The notes under the pieces: model-generated
Told to the model about the DNA's origin: nothing
The model's database searches: none
The model's input: only the letters and a program-made list of their open reading frames with translations
Part shown: positions 44,308 through 55,007 of the stretch, piece by piece
Layout of the letters: each line of letters begins with the position of its first letter
How positions within the stretch are numbered: the stretch's first letter is position 1
Made by a program: the position numbers and the translations under genes
Assembly (NCBI GenBank): GCA_963710605.1
Contig: CAVQBA010000001.1
Coordinates: 192,001 to 256,000, forward strand
Reading direction: 5' to 3'
Origin: an uncultured cyanobacterium
GTDB lineage: Bacteria; Cyanobacteriota; Cyanobacteriia; Cyanobacteriales; Cyanobacteriaceae
Length of the DNA stretch: 64,000 bases

Positions 44308-47300
44308 TTAAGGATAAATACTAGTTCCTATATTTTTTGATTTTACACCTGTAAAAATATCTATTTCCCAGGCGGGAGGATCAATACCAACTTTAGGAAA
44401 AGGACGTAATAACTGTGGTAAAGCCAATTCTAAAATAGTAAATGCTGCCGAATTACTATTTTTTAAAAAAGGGTTATAATTAATGTCTGAATTGGTGATT
44501 ATTTGAGAATATGCTTTAGTTTTAGAGAGTATAGATGGTGCATATTTAAGGCAATCTTCTTCATAAACAATTTGTCTTTGAGCTATTTGTGAAGATTTAC
44601 TATAAGGTATATCCTCTTGCATAATTACTTTTCCAAATCCAAATGAACCACCAGCACTACCACTACTAGAAAGCGTATTACTTACTTGAAGAGAACCTCC
44701 TTGTTCTGGTTCACCAATAAATCCTCTACTTCCTAACATATCTGTAATAAGAATTTCAGCGTGGTGTTTAAGACCGCCAGACAAATTAATATATACTAGT
44801 TCTACTTTAAAATGTTGTTTATTTTGTCCAGAAGGATCGATCGCATTAACAGGATTATTATCAACATACCCATACAAATTATAAGTACCACTATCAAAAG
44901 AAATAGGATCGACACTAATAAACCTTCCAGTCTCCCCATTATAATATCTGGCTCGGTAGTAATAGAGTTCTATTTCTTCATCCCACTCTCTTCCAGTAAA
45001 GCGATAACGACTGTCAACAGTAGCATTAGTTTCTGATACCACATTACCATAGGAGTCATAAGTTAAATGATTGACCACATCACCGCTATTATCTACCAAA
45101 TCACGAATCGTACCTAAATGGTCAGTTAAAAACCAAGTGACATTACCATCACTATCCTCTTGTGCCAAAACTTCATCAATACCCGCACCATGAAGATAAC
45201 GCATATCTAACTCCACACCGCTACCATCATCGACAAAATCAAGAATTACATCCTCCCTATCATATACAAAATAAGTCGCAACCCCATCAACTACCTTTGA
45301 TAAACGTTGACCAAACATATCGTAACTAAATTCAACAGTTTGAATAACATCATTATCACTATCAAAGTCAGTTACTGCCACCAAGCGATCGAGATAATCC
45401 CATTCAAATAACCTAACCTCACCTGTAGCAATAGTAGTTTGAGAAATTAAATTACCTTCATTATCATAATCATAGTTATATACTCCATCAGAGAGTAATT
45501 CATTATTAACTCCTGTGTCATAGTCAGTTAAAGTACGATTACCATTATCATCATAGGAATAAATTTCATCGTCATTATCAATATCACTATGAGTAGCGTT
45601 TAACAGTTGGTCACGGGTATCATAAGCAAAAGTATTCGTGCTGTCAACATCGATAATTTGAGTAATACGACTACCCGCATCATAAGTTAAATCGTAGAAA
45701 GCGACATCATTAATACCATTATTATGAATTAAATTGGTTAGACGATTAGCACCGTCATAATCATAACTACTACTGACAAGCAAATTTGTATCAGTTAAAT
45801 CAGAATAACGATCGATCCTCTCATACTGACCAACACCGTTATAATCAAAATCTACTCGTTTATCTTCTACCCCATTACCCGATTGAGTCAAAGAGGTAAG
45901 ACGGTTAAGACGATCGTAATCATAAGTGGTAATACCGCTATCAATACCATTAATAGAATCAGAAACAGAAATGATATTACCTTGCTCGTCATAATTATAA
46001 GTTAAAACAACGTTAGGAACATCTGGAGTATTTGCATTATCAACAGTTTCTATACGCCCCATCACGTCGTAAGTATAATTATAAGTAGCGTCAGGATTAG
46101 TAATAAAGATTAACTCATTACCTGCATTATAAGAGGAAGTCGTCGAGTAAATAGGGAGGGAGTTATCATCGAGCCAAATCTCTTCTATTTGGCGGTTTAA
46201 ATTGTCGTAGCTAAAGGCTCTAACTCGATCGTTACGGTCAATAGTACGAGTTAGATTATTAGCCTCATCATAGGCAAAAGTACGAGACAAACTAAGCTCA
46301 TTAGTTTCAGTGATGACACGATTACGAGCATCGTAAGTATAACTAGTTTGATTATTAACAGAGTCAGTTACCGATAAAACATTACCAACATCATCATAGG
46401 TAGTAGTGGTAATAATATCATCACCACCATCGATGACATTACGCATCAGGATTTGTCGGTTTCGAGCATCATACTCGTATTCAGTACGATTACCGTTCCC
46501 ATCGATCGTCGCAGTGACATTACCTACTTTGTCGTATTCATAACGAGTAATATTACCTTCACCATCAGTAACTTTAATTTGTCGTCCTAAATCGTCATAT
46601 TCAAATTCAGTACGATTATCGTTTCCGTCGATAAGAGCAATTAACTGATTAGCTCGATCGTATTCATACTTAGTTTCGTTGCCTTCAGCATCAATTTCTC
46701 TGATTAATCGATCGCGATAATCATAGATATTAGTAGTTAAATTTCCAGTTTGATCAGTAGTAGAAACTAAATTATTGTTATTATTATCGTAATGAGCTTC
46801 GGTTGTGTTACCGTCAGGTTGAATAATTTCTACCAATCGATTACGACTATCGTAAATATAACGAGTTTCTCGGTTAAGAGGATCGATTGTAGAAACTAGA
46901 TTACCATTACCATCATAAGTATTAATCGTAACAGGATTGCTTAACGGACCTGCACCATCAGGATCGGCTTCGATGACTTTAATTAAACGATCTTGAGTAT
47001 CATAAACATATTCAGTGACATTACCTAACCCATCGGTCATGATAATTAGATTACCATTATCATCATAATCCATCATTTCTACTGCTTCATCTGATGCACT
47101 ACCTACAGCATATCTAGTTTCAATTAATCGATTAGCATTATCGTATTCGTATTCAGTACGATTATTGTTTTCATCGATATATACTATTTGATTACCAGCA
47201 GTATCGTATTCGTATTTAACGATCGCCTCCTCACTGGTACCTACGGCATAGATAATTTCAATTAAATTACCTGTATCGAGATGATAATTATAATCAGTAA

Positions 47301-48486
47301 TCTGACCGTTAGCATCAGTCATTTTATCGATTAACCCAGCATTCGTATAGGCATAGCGAGTCATAACGTCATCAGTTTCGCCATTACTAGGAGCATCTAA
47401 TTCCCCGACAACTCTGGTAGTAGAGACTACGTTCCCATTATCCGAATCAATCTCATAAAGAGTAACTCGACCAATTTCATCAGTATAGCTAGTTAGTTGA
47501 TTGAAAACAGGCTCATAAGTATAAAAACGTTCGTTAAACTCACCATTTTGTTGATTAATTAAGACAGAAATATTATAGTCGTTGGGGTTAACGGTTATAA
47601 TATCAAAGTCTCCATCGGTATTAACATCGACTAATAAAAAGTCTGCAAAAGAGTTACCTACCTCAAAATGATTCAAAGAGTTGAAACTTCCTTCACCATC
47701 TCCTAACCAAACAATAATAGAATTATTAGCAATATCTGGTACAGTTGGATTGCCTCCTAGATAATTAGTGACTAAATCTAGTCGTCCATCTCCATTCAAA
47801 TCAGCAAAAGCGACATTTATTGGTCTTGAGCCTTCTGGTAGAGAATAAGTAGAAAGCCGAGTAAAAGTCCCATTTTCATTCCCTTTTATTACGACTATCT
47901 GATTTTGAGAAGTACTAACGATCGCCATTTCAAGTTTACCATCTCCATTAATATCTTTCAAAGCTAATGAATCGACATCACTGGTAAAACTAAAATTACT
48001 TTGAAAAGACAGAGTACCATCTCCATTACCATTTAGTATCGAAATACTATCAGAAAAATAGTTGGTAGTTATTACGTCTTGGTTTCCATCATCATCAATG
48101 TCTTCTATGGTTATAGAAATTACTTCATCATCAAGTTCTTGATTGATTGGTTGTTCAAAAGTACCATCTCCATTACCTAAAGAGACACCGAGGAAGTAAT
48201 CTTCTTCTTCATACCCACCACCTTCAATTCGATAACCACTGATTAAGTCTAAATTTCCATCAAGATCTATATCAGCAATTGAGATAGTATCAATCCAAAT
48301 TGAATCGATTACATAATTATCGAATTCAACAAAAGTACTATCACCATAACTAGCCGTTACACTATTACCACTCTCGGTCATTAAGACTAAAGGAGGAGAT
48401 AATGGATTAATAGTCTGTGTAGGTAAATATAAACCTTTTTGTACCTCTACTGGTTGAATATTGATGGTTGTGCCATCTTTACGTAC
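44308..48486 (-). CDS. rhs: Large Rhs/YD protein (core type A) with FG-GAP repeats and an H...YNP..NSNS tip; 5'-truncated
   Basis: D.D.DG.LD FG-GAP repeats, many YD repeats, DPSG; the frame is open upstream of ATG 48381 (VRKDGTTINIQPVEVQKGLY...) up to the cvrA junction. Confidence 0.92.
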   Translation of the reverse strand, partial: VRKDGTTINIQPVEVQKGLYLPTQTINPLSPPLVLMTESGNSVTASYGDSTFVEFDNYVIDSIWIDTISIADIDLDGNLDLISGYRIEGGGYEEEDYFLGVSLGNGDGTFEQPINQELDDEVISITIEDIDDDGNQDVITTNYFSDSISILNGNGDGTLSFQSNFSFTSDVDSLALKDINGDGKLEMAIVSTSQNQIVVIKGNENGTFTRLSTYSLPEGSRPINVAFADLNGDGRLDLVTNYLGGNPTVPDIANNSIIVWLGDGEGSFNSLNHFEVGNSFADFLLVDVNTDGDFDIITVNPNDYNISVLINQQNGEFNERFYTYEPVFNQLTSYTDEIGRVTLYEIDSDNGNVVSTTRVVGELDAPSNGETDDVMTRYAYTNAGLIDKMTDANGQITDYNYHLDTGNLIEIIYAVGTSEEAIVKYEYDTAGNQIVYIDENNNRTEYEYDNANRLIETRYAVGSASDEAVEMMDYDDNGNLIIMTDGLGNVTEYVYDTQDRLIKVIEADPDGAGPLSNPVTINTYDGNGNLVSTIDPLNRETRYIYDSRNRLVEIIQPDGNTTEAHYDNNNNNLVSTTDQTGNLTTNIYDYRDRLIREIDAEGNETKYEYDRANQLIALIDGNDNRTEFEYDDLGRQIKVTDGEGNITRYEYDKVGNVTATIDGNGNRTEYEYDARNRQILMRNVIDGGDDIITTTTYDDVGNVLSVTDSVNNQTSYTYDARNRVITETNELSLSRTFAYDEANNLTRTIDRNDRVRAFSYDNLNRQIEEIWLDDNSLPIYSTTSSYNAGNELIFITNPDATYNYTYDVMGRIETVDNANTPDVPNVVLTYNYDEQGNIISVSDSINGIDSGITTYDYDRLNRLTSLTQSGNGVEDKRVDFDYNGVGQYERIDRYSDLTDTNLLVSSSYDYDGANRLTNLIHNNGINDVAFYDLTYDAGSRITQIIDVDSTNTFAYDTRDQLLNATHSDIDNDDEIYSYDDNGNRTLTDYDTGVNNELLSDGVYNYDYDNEGNLISQTTIATGEVRLFEWDYLDRLVAVTDFDSDNDVIQTVEFSYDMFGQRLSKVVDGVATYFVYDREDVILDFVDDGSGVELDMRYLHGAGIDEVLAQEDSDGNVTWFLTDHLGTIRDLVDNSGDVVNHLTYDSYGNVVSETNATVDSRYRFTGREWDEEIELYYYRARYYNGETGRFISVDPISFDSGTYNLYGYVDNNPVNAIDPSGQNKQHFKVELVYINLSGGLKHHAEILITDMLGSRGFIGEPEQGGSLQVSNTLSSSGSAGGSFGFGKVIMQEDIPYSKSSQIAQRQIVYEEDCLKYAPSILSKTKAYSQIITNSDINYNPFLKNSNSAAFTILELALPQLLRPFPKVGIDPPAWEIDIFTGVKSKNIGTSIYP

Positions 48487-48785
48487 TGATTGAGATAGTG
48501 CCTGTAGCAGTGGTAATTGCTATGTTTTTAATCTTTGTTGCTCGTCCTTTAAGTGTCTTTATTTGTACGATTTTTAATCAATACAATCGGTCAGAAAAGT
48601 TATTTATTTCTTGGGTTGGTTTAAGAGGTTCTGTGCCTATTATTTTGGCGATCGCTCCTATTACAGCCCAAATCGAAAATGCAACGGTTATTTTTAATGT
48701 CGTATTTTTTATCGTTTTGATTTCAGTCTCAGTTCAAGGTTTGACTTTAGTACCGATCGCCAAATACTTAAAATTAGATCAGTAA
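48486..48785 (+). pseudogene. cvrA: 3' remnant of a K+/H+ antiporter (CvrA/NhaP2-like)
   Basis: FLIFVARPLSV...ISWVGLRGSVPIILA...IFNVVFFIVLISV.VQG. Confidence 0.88.
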
Positions 48786-48869
48786 AACACAATTCGCAGT
48801 TATAATTACGAATCTACTCTGAGTATTCTTGATTTTTCAGTAAATTTATTTAGTTAAGCTATCAAATGT

Positions 48870-49397
48870 TTAATCGTCTTCTTTGACTGAATACTCAAAA
48901 GGAAAGTCATTTTTTAATTGAATTAATTCGTCTCTGTGAGCTTGAATGGTAATAACAGTATTCTCAGTTGATTCTTGCTCATAATTATCCAAACGAAAAG
49001 CTACTTGTTCGACTCTTGATGAGCCTTGCCAATAAAAATAGCCAGCTAAAGGTGCTAAAACCAAAAGAATTAAAAATGCCGTTGATGAAGTAGAAAAGAG
49101 CATTGATAATACTAAAGCCAAACAAAACAAACCACAACTAGCTAAAAAACTTAATAAGACAGCTAAAAAAATACTCGGTGCAACTAATCCTTCTAAAGTT
49201 ACTTTATTTGTTTCGGTATCGATCGCTTTTACTTGATAAGATCGATCGATAAAATAACTACGTAAATAACTCAAAATATTATCAGAAGTATCTACGCAAT
49301 TGAGAGTAACAATTTCAGTTCTATCCTTAGTGCTTGCTCTAATAAAAAAGAATAAACCGATCGTTAATAGGATAGTCAAGATAAAAGTAGATGTCAT
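48870..49397 (-). CDS. Cofactor assembly of complex C subunit B (Ccb1-like)
   Basis: LLTIGLFFFIRASTKDR...AHRDEL. Confidence 0.85.
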   Translation of the reverse strand: MTSTFILTILLTIGLFFFIRASTKDRTEIVTLNCVDTSDNILSYLRSYFIDRSYQVKAIDTETNKVTLEGLVAPSIFLAVLLSFLASCGLFCLALVLSMLFSTSSTAFLILLVLAPLAGYFYWQGSSRVEQVAFRLDNYEQESTENTVITIQAHRDELIQLKNDFPFEYSVKEDD

Positions 49398-49449
49398 TAT
49401 AGTTAAGAGTTAACAGTTAAAAGTTAATAAGTGAGATAATTGTCAATTG

Positions 49450-51120
49450 TCAATTGTCAATTGTTGTCTGTGTTTTTACTACAGGTAATTGAGCTAGAGG
49501 AATGATTAAAGTAACAGTCGAGCCTAAATTTTCGCCCATACTATAAAACGAAATTTTCCCCCCCATTCCTTCTACTAAACGCCTAGAGATTGATAACCCC
49601 AAACCAGTACCACCGTAGGCTTTAGTTCTAAATCCATCAACTTGATAAAAATTTTCAAATAGTCTTTCTTGTTTATCTAAAGAGACACCAATACCGCTAT
49701 CTTCAACCCGAATTTTAATCATTCCGGGTAAAACTTTTTCTCGATAGGTAACAGGGGTAATAATAATTTCGACATTAATACTGATATTGCCTTCGGTAGT
49801 AAATTTTAAAGAATTACTCAACAAATTGAGCATAACTTGTAATAACCTTTGGTAATCAGCATGAAGCAAAATTTGATCATAAGTAGGGGGAAGATTAATT
49901 TCAAAACGGAGATTTTTCTTTCGGGCTTGATTGTGACCAAATTTATAAATATCTTCGCAAACTTTATTTAAAGAAATAGAATCTAAATCAAATTCCATTT
50001 TTCCGGCTTCGATTTTGGCAATATCTAAAATGTCATTAATCAGATTAAGTAAATGTAAAGCCGATTCATAAGCTTGAGTGATAAATTCTCGCTCTTCTTC
50101 TATATCATCTGCCATATCATCCAGAATTAGTTTCAGAAAACCTAAAATACCATTAAGAGGCGTTCTTAATTCGTGACTAGTACTTGCTAAAAATTCACTT
50201 TTAAGACGATTAGATTCTTCAGCTTGAATATTAGCACTCTCTAGTTTTTGGTATAAAGTGGCATGGGCCATTACTGTACCGACTTGATCACCTAATTCTT
50301 GAACTAGTTCTAATTCTGCTTGATACCAAAAGCGAACTTTGTCTAATTCAGACAAACAAATTAAACCGTTTAATTCTTGCTGATAAAAAGTAGGTACTAA
50401 TAAAATCGATCGAGCTTGAAAAAAATTATGCTCACCACCGAACAAAATTTCGGGTTGCCCAGAAGAAGAAATAGCTTTAACTATTTGAGGATAATCATTA
50501 ATCTTTAAACGATGTCCGAGTAAAGAATGACTATCACTTTTTTTATATTCTGCCTTAACTTCCAAATAATCCATTTCTGTAGTCGGTGTCAGTAAAAAAC
50601 ATTGATCAACTTTTAATTCTGTACCGATGTTGTCAACAGTTTTTTGCCAAATGGTTTCTAAATCTAAAGAGCGACGTATTTTACGGGCAATATTAGTTAA
50701 TAATTGTTGATAAGGATCAGGATTAGTCGGTAATGCGGAAGTAGAATCAACGATCGAATCATGATTAGGTAAATGATGTCCTATCACTAATACTTTATCA
50801 GCATTGCCATCTGCTAAGATAATCGGACTAATTATTAACTCAAAAGTTAAAGTGTAATTATGATACTCAAAAAGACAATGACATTGTTCAGGAATTTTAC
50901 GATTTAAAACTCGTTTTATTCTTTGTAAATAAATATCTTGTCTTTGGGGTTTTAAAACAGTAGAAAATGAAGTCTTTTGTTTTTGGTGATGGGTTAACTC
51001 AATCAAAGAAGACTGCCAATGAAAAGAAAGGTATTCTCCTTCACTCGATTGAATAAAAACTAATTCTGCACCTAAATGTGATAAGTCTTGACAATTGTAG
51101 GTGATTTGATTCAAATTCAT
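49450..51120 (-). CDS. GAF-containing sensor histidine kinase
   Basis: IRRSLDL GAF start, SHELRTPL H-box, NLLSN, DSGIG, GGTGLGL. Confidence 0.93.
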   Translation of the reverse strand: MNLNQITYNCQDLSHLGAELVFIQSSEGEYLSFHWQSSLIELTHHQKQKTSFSTVLKPQRQDIYLQRIKRVLNRKIPEQCHCLFEYHNYTLTFELIISPIILADGNADKVLVIGHHLPNHDSIVDSTSALPTNPDPYQQLLTNIARKIRRSLDLETIWQKTVDNIGTELKVDQCFLLTPTTEMDYLEVKAEYKKSDSHSLLGHRLKINDYPQIVKAISSSGQPEILFGGEHNFFQARSILLVPTFYQQELNGLICLSELDKVRFWYQAELELVQELGDQVGTVMAHATLYQKLESANIQAEESNRLKSEFLASTSHELRTPLNGILGFLKLILDDMADDIEEEREFITQAYESALHLLNLINDILDIAKIEAGKMEFDLDSISLNKVCEDIYKFGHNQARKKNLRFEINLPPTYDQILLHADYQRLLQVMLNLLSNSLKFTTEGNISINVEIIITPVTYREKVLPGMIKIRVEDSGIGVSLDKQERLFENFYQVDGFRTKAYGGTGLGLSISRRLVEGMGGKISFYSMGENLGSTVTLIIPLAQLPVVKTQTTIDN

Positions 51121-51501
51121 AGATTGTCTTTTTGTGCGTTCTTTAGCTTATCTCTGAACAAGTTAATCAAAAATCGATTTTAGTGATTCAAATATACTTT
51201 TATTACTAATTATTCTGGCGAATTGACTTTAGATAGTAATAAATAAGATTGTTATTTGTTTTTTTTAAACTATTTACTTTTCTGGAGTTATCGATCGAAT
51301 AGATAAATATTTTTTAATCAATTAATTAGTCTTTGGTCATATTTTAGCAAAAAATCGTCATTAAAAAAAAAGAGATTAATCAACAACTTTACTTAATTAA
51401 GACATAAATGCTTTTTGGCTGAGGAAAAAAGTAATTGTTCAATCAACATTTTTCCCGCCTTTTGCTTTTGTGTAGTCAGTCGTTTAATCATCAATTAATA
51501 A

Positions 51502-51732
51502 TTAATCGTTCCATTCACCTCTAGGAGGCACAGGAGGATTACGGCGTAAACTACGAGTTAGATCATCATCTTGTTGTCTTTCTCCTTTAAGCCATTGTTT
51601 AAGTGCTGATTCAATTACTTTACTCGGATCGTTAGTTAGATGCTTAATTTTGTTGGCTAGCTCAGAATCAAGATGGATGGAAATTTCTACTTTCTCATTG
51701 TTGCGTGTCTGTGACAAAGTGTTATCATTCAT
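51502..51732 (-). CDS. Small conserved cyanobacterial RHH-like protein
   Basis: KVEISIHLD...LTNDPSKVIE.A..QWL, PPRGEWND. Confidence 0.65.
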   Translation of the reverse strand: MNDNTLSQTRNNEKVEISIHLDSELANKIKHLTNDPSKVIESALKQWLKGERQQDDDLTRSLRRNPPVPPRGEWND

Positions 51733-51888
51733 ATAATAATATTTGATTAAACTTATATATATTAATTGTACAAAATTATACTCTTCCTATTGTTCCCTAT
51801 TTTCAGTTATTTCTCTACAAAGATATTAAAATAAGTTAAGATACATTAATTTTTTATTCATTATCATTCATTATTTAAAATAAAATCT

Positions 51889-53703
51889 ATGACTTCTGTT
51901 CCTGTTAAACGATTGCGTAATTTTTGTATTATTGCTCACATTGACCACGGAAAATCTACCTTAGCAGACCGTTTACTACAGGAAACAGGTACTGTAGAAG
52001 TCAGAGATATGAAGGCTCAATTTCTTGACAGTATGGATATTGAAAGAGAAAGAGGTATCACGATTAAACTGCAAGCGGCACGGATGAACTACACCGCAAC
52101 CGATGGCGAGGAATACGTACTCAATTTGATCGATACTCCCGGACACGTTGATTTTTCTTATGAAGTATCTCGCTCTCTCGCCGCTTGCGAAGGTGCATTA
52201 TTAGTGGTAGATGCCTCTCAAGGGGTAGAAGCTCAAACTTTAGCTAATGTCTATTTAGCCTTAGAAAATGATTTAGAAATTATTCCGATTTTAAATAAAA
52301 TTGATTTACCCGGGGCTGAGCCAGAACGAGTAATTCAAGAAATAGAAGATGTAGTTGGTTTAGATTGTACTGATATTATTTATGCTTCTGCTAAAAGCGG
52401 TTTGGGTGTTGATAAAATTTTAGAATCGATCGTTAAACTAGTACCTCCTCCTCCTGAAACGATCGAAAAACCTCTCAGGGCTTTAATTTTTGATAGTTAT
52501 TATGATGCTTATCGTGGTGTAATTGTCTATTTCCGTATTATGGATGGTAGCTTGAAAAAAAGCGATCGTATTCGTTTGATGGCATCAGGGCAACAACATG
52601 ATATAGATGAGATTGGAATACTCTCACCGGGGCAAGTACCTGTAGATGAATTACACGCAGGAGAAGTGGGTTATCTAGCAGGGGCAATTAAAGAAGTTGG
52701 TGATGCAAGAGTAGGAGATACTATTACCTTAGCTGATAAACAAAAATCGGCAACCGAACCTTTACCCGGTTATACAGAAGCCAAACCAATGGTATTTTGT
52801 GGTTTATTCCCGATCGATAGCGATCAATATCCTGATCTTAAAGAAGCTTTACTTAAACTAACTCTGAATGATGCGGCTTTGTCTTTTGAACCTGAAACCT
52901 CAACGGCGATGGGTTTTGGTTTTAGGTGTGGATTTTTAGGCTTATTACATATGGAGATTGTTCAAGAGCGTTTAGAAAGAGAATATAATTTATCTTTAAT
53001 TACCACCGCTCCTTCGGTTGTATATCAAGTTACAACTACAGACGATGAAGTGATTGAAATAGACAATCCTAGTGCATTACCTGAACCGAACAAAAGAACC
53101 AAAATTGAAGAACCTTATATTAAAATTGAGATTATTACTCCTGAAGAGTATGTTGGTACTTTGATGGATTTATGTCAAACTCGTCGGGGTATTTTTACCG
53201 ATATGCGTTTTTTCACTCATAATCGGACTAATTTAATTTATGAATTACCTTTAGCTGAAGTTGTGACAGACTTTTTTGATCAATTAAAATCTCGCTCTCG
53301 TGGTTATGCTAGTATGGAGTATCAGTTAATTGGTTATCGGGAAAACAATTTGATTCGCTTAGATATATTGGTAAATAAAGATCCCGTTGATGCTTTAGCG
53401 ATGATTGTTCACCGTGATAAGGCTTATAATGTTGGACGTGCTTTAACTGAAAAACTCAAAGAGTTGATACCTAGACATCAGTTTAAAGTACCTATCCAAG
53501 CGTCGATCGGTTCTAAGGTAATTGCCAGTGAACATATTGCGGCTTTACGTAAGGATGTTTTAGCTAAGTGTTATGGTGGTGACATTTCACGGAAGAAAAA
53601 ACTGTTACAAAAACAAGCTAAGGGTAAAAAACGGATGAAATCGATCGGTACTGTTGATGTACCTCAAGAAGCTTTTATGGCAGTCTTGAAACTTGATAAT
53701 TAA
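51889..53703 (+). CDS. lepA: Elongation factor 4
   Basis: [35 protein letters not shown]. Confidence 0.98.
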   Translation: MTSVPVKRLRNFCIIAHIDHGKSTLADRLLQETGTVEVRDMKAQFLDSMDIERERGITIKLQAARMNYTATDGEEYVLNLIDTPGHVDFSYEVSRSLAACEGALLVVDASQGVEAQTLANVYLALENDLEIIPILNKIDLPGAEPERVIQEIEDVVGLDCTDIIYASAKSGLGVDKILESIVKLVPPPPETIEKPLRALIFDSYYDAYRGVIVYFRIMDGSLKKSDRIRLMASGQQHDIDEIGILSPGQVPVDELHAGEVGYLAGAIKEVGDARVGDTITLADKQKSATEPLPGYTEAKPMVFCGLFPIDSDQYPDLKEALLKLTLNDAALSFEPETSTAMGFGFRCGFLGLLHMEIVQERLEREYNLSLITTAPSVVYQVTTTDDEVIEIDNPSALPEPNKRTKIEEPYIKIEIITPEEYVGTLMDLCQTRRGIFTDMRFFTHNRTNLIYELPLAEVVTDFFDQLKSRSRGYASMEYQLIGYRENNLIRLDILVNKDPVDALAMIVHRDKAYNVGRALTEKLKELIPRHQFKVPIQASIGSKVIASEHIAALRKDVLAKCYGGDISRKKKLLQKQAKGKKRMKSIGTVDVPQEAFMAVLKLDN

Positions 53704-54098
53704 ATATAACAATTTGAGAGAGATATTCATAAGTGCGTATCATCTGAGAAAATCTTGGATGACACGTATTGCTCTTGTATTGTTAAACTAAAATATCAAA
53801 ATCGATCGACTATAACTCAAAACCCATCCCAAAATAGCTATCTGCTCACAATAAATAGCTAGAAGCAAAAAATAAATAGCTAGAAGCTATTACTACTCGA
53901 TCGATCGCTCGTTGGTTACATTTTCTTTTTACGATTAGAAAAAAACGGCTAAATTTACTGCTATTTCTGGCATTGTAGAAATTACAAAAATAAGACATGA
54001 AACAGCCTTGCCTTACCGAAGGGGGGAGATTCGGGGCGTAATTCCCCTTGATTTTCTGGTCATAAACTATATGCTTTCAAACGACAATAACAATAATA

Positions 54099-54899
54099 CT
54101 AATAAGTTACACGATCGAGAAAACTAAGTAGTTTTTGCCAATTATGTCCCGAACGTTGCCAGAAAAAAGATAGATGATTTGGATCGTATAACTCGATCAA
54201 TTCTTTAGGGGCGATTGCACTTTCATATAACTTCAATCCTAAATCAAATGAAACAACCCGATCTTGAACAGAGTGGATAAACATTTTTGGTACGTCTATT
54301 TTCTTGACGCATTCTTGAGGCTCAAACTGATTATCAAGAAGCATTTTTGTAATCAGACGTGATATGATACTGGGAAAAAAAGTTAGTTTGGAAACTGCTA
54401 TATCTCTAAAGCTATTAAATGAGCTATCAATAATAACTCCAACAATATCTTTATCACAACGATCGGCTAAAGCACAAGTGGCAAATGCCCCTCCAATACT
54501 TTGACCAAGAATAATTTTTTTAGATTGCCTCAATAAATTGCTATTTTTCACAAAATCAAGTACACAACAGCAGTCATCAAAAACTCCTTGAAAATCTGGT
54601 TTTCCAGAAGAGTTACCAAAACCCCGATAGTCAAAGGTTACAAGATCATATCCCAAATCAGGCAACCAAGAAACAAAATCCCAATGATTTGTGATGTTAC
54701 AAGCATTACCATGAAAATGAACGAATGTAGCTTTCGGATTGGAAATTGCCGATTTAACATACCAACCATCTAATGTGACATTATCTTTGGCTTGAATTTT
54801 AATCGTTTCAAAATCAAAACCATTTTTCTGGGGATGACCTCCATAATTTACACGATCGGGAAAAAAAAATAAAGATTCGAGTTTTTTAACCATTTGCAA
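54099..54899 (-). CDS. Alpha/beta hydrolase
   Basis: HGNA, DYRGFG, GQSIGG nucleophile elbow, D..V, H. Confidence 0.9.
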   Translation of the reverse strand: MQMVKKLESLFFFPDRVNYGGHPQKNGFDFETIKIQAKDNVTLDGWYVKSAISNPKATFVHFHGNACNITNHWDFVSWLPDLGYDLVTFDYRGFGNSSGKPDFQGVFDDCCCVLDFVKNSNLLRQSKKIILGQSIGGAFATCALADRCDKDIVGVIIDSSFNSFRDIAVSKLTFFPSIISRLITKMLLDNQFEPQECVKKIDVPKMFIHSVQDRVVSFDLGLKLYESAIAPKELIELYDPNHLSFFWQRSGHNWQKLLSFLDRVTY

Positions 54900-55007
54900 C
54901 TATTACCTCTGAATCATTATGACCTAATTACGATTAACAGCGATATTCAAAGTCCAAACATTGTAACTAATACAGTTATTAATATGTTTAGCTTTATATC
55001 TCAACTT

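Noticed and set aside
37189-45656. Rhs repeat pairs as DGR template/variable repeats
   Set aside because: The differences I inspected are mostly synonymous and not adenine-specific; no reverse transcriptase in the window
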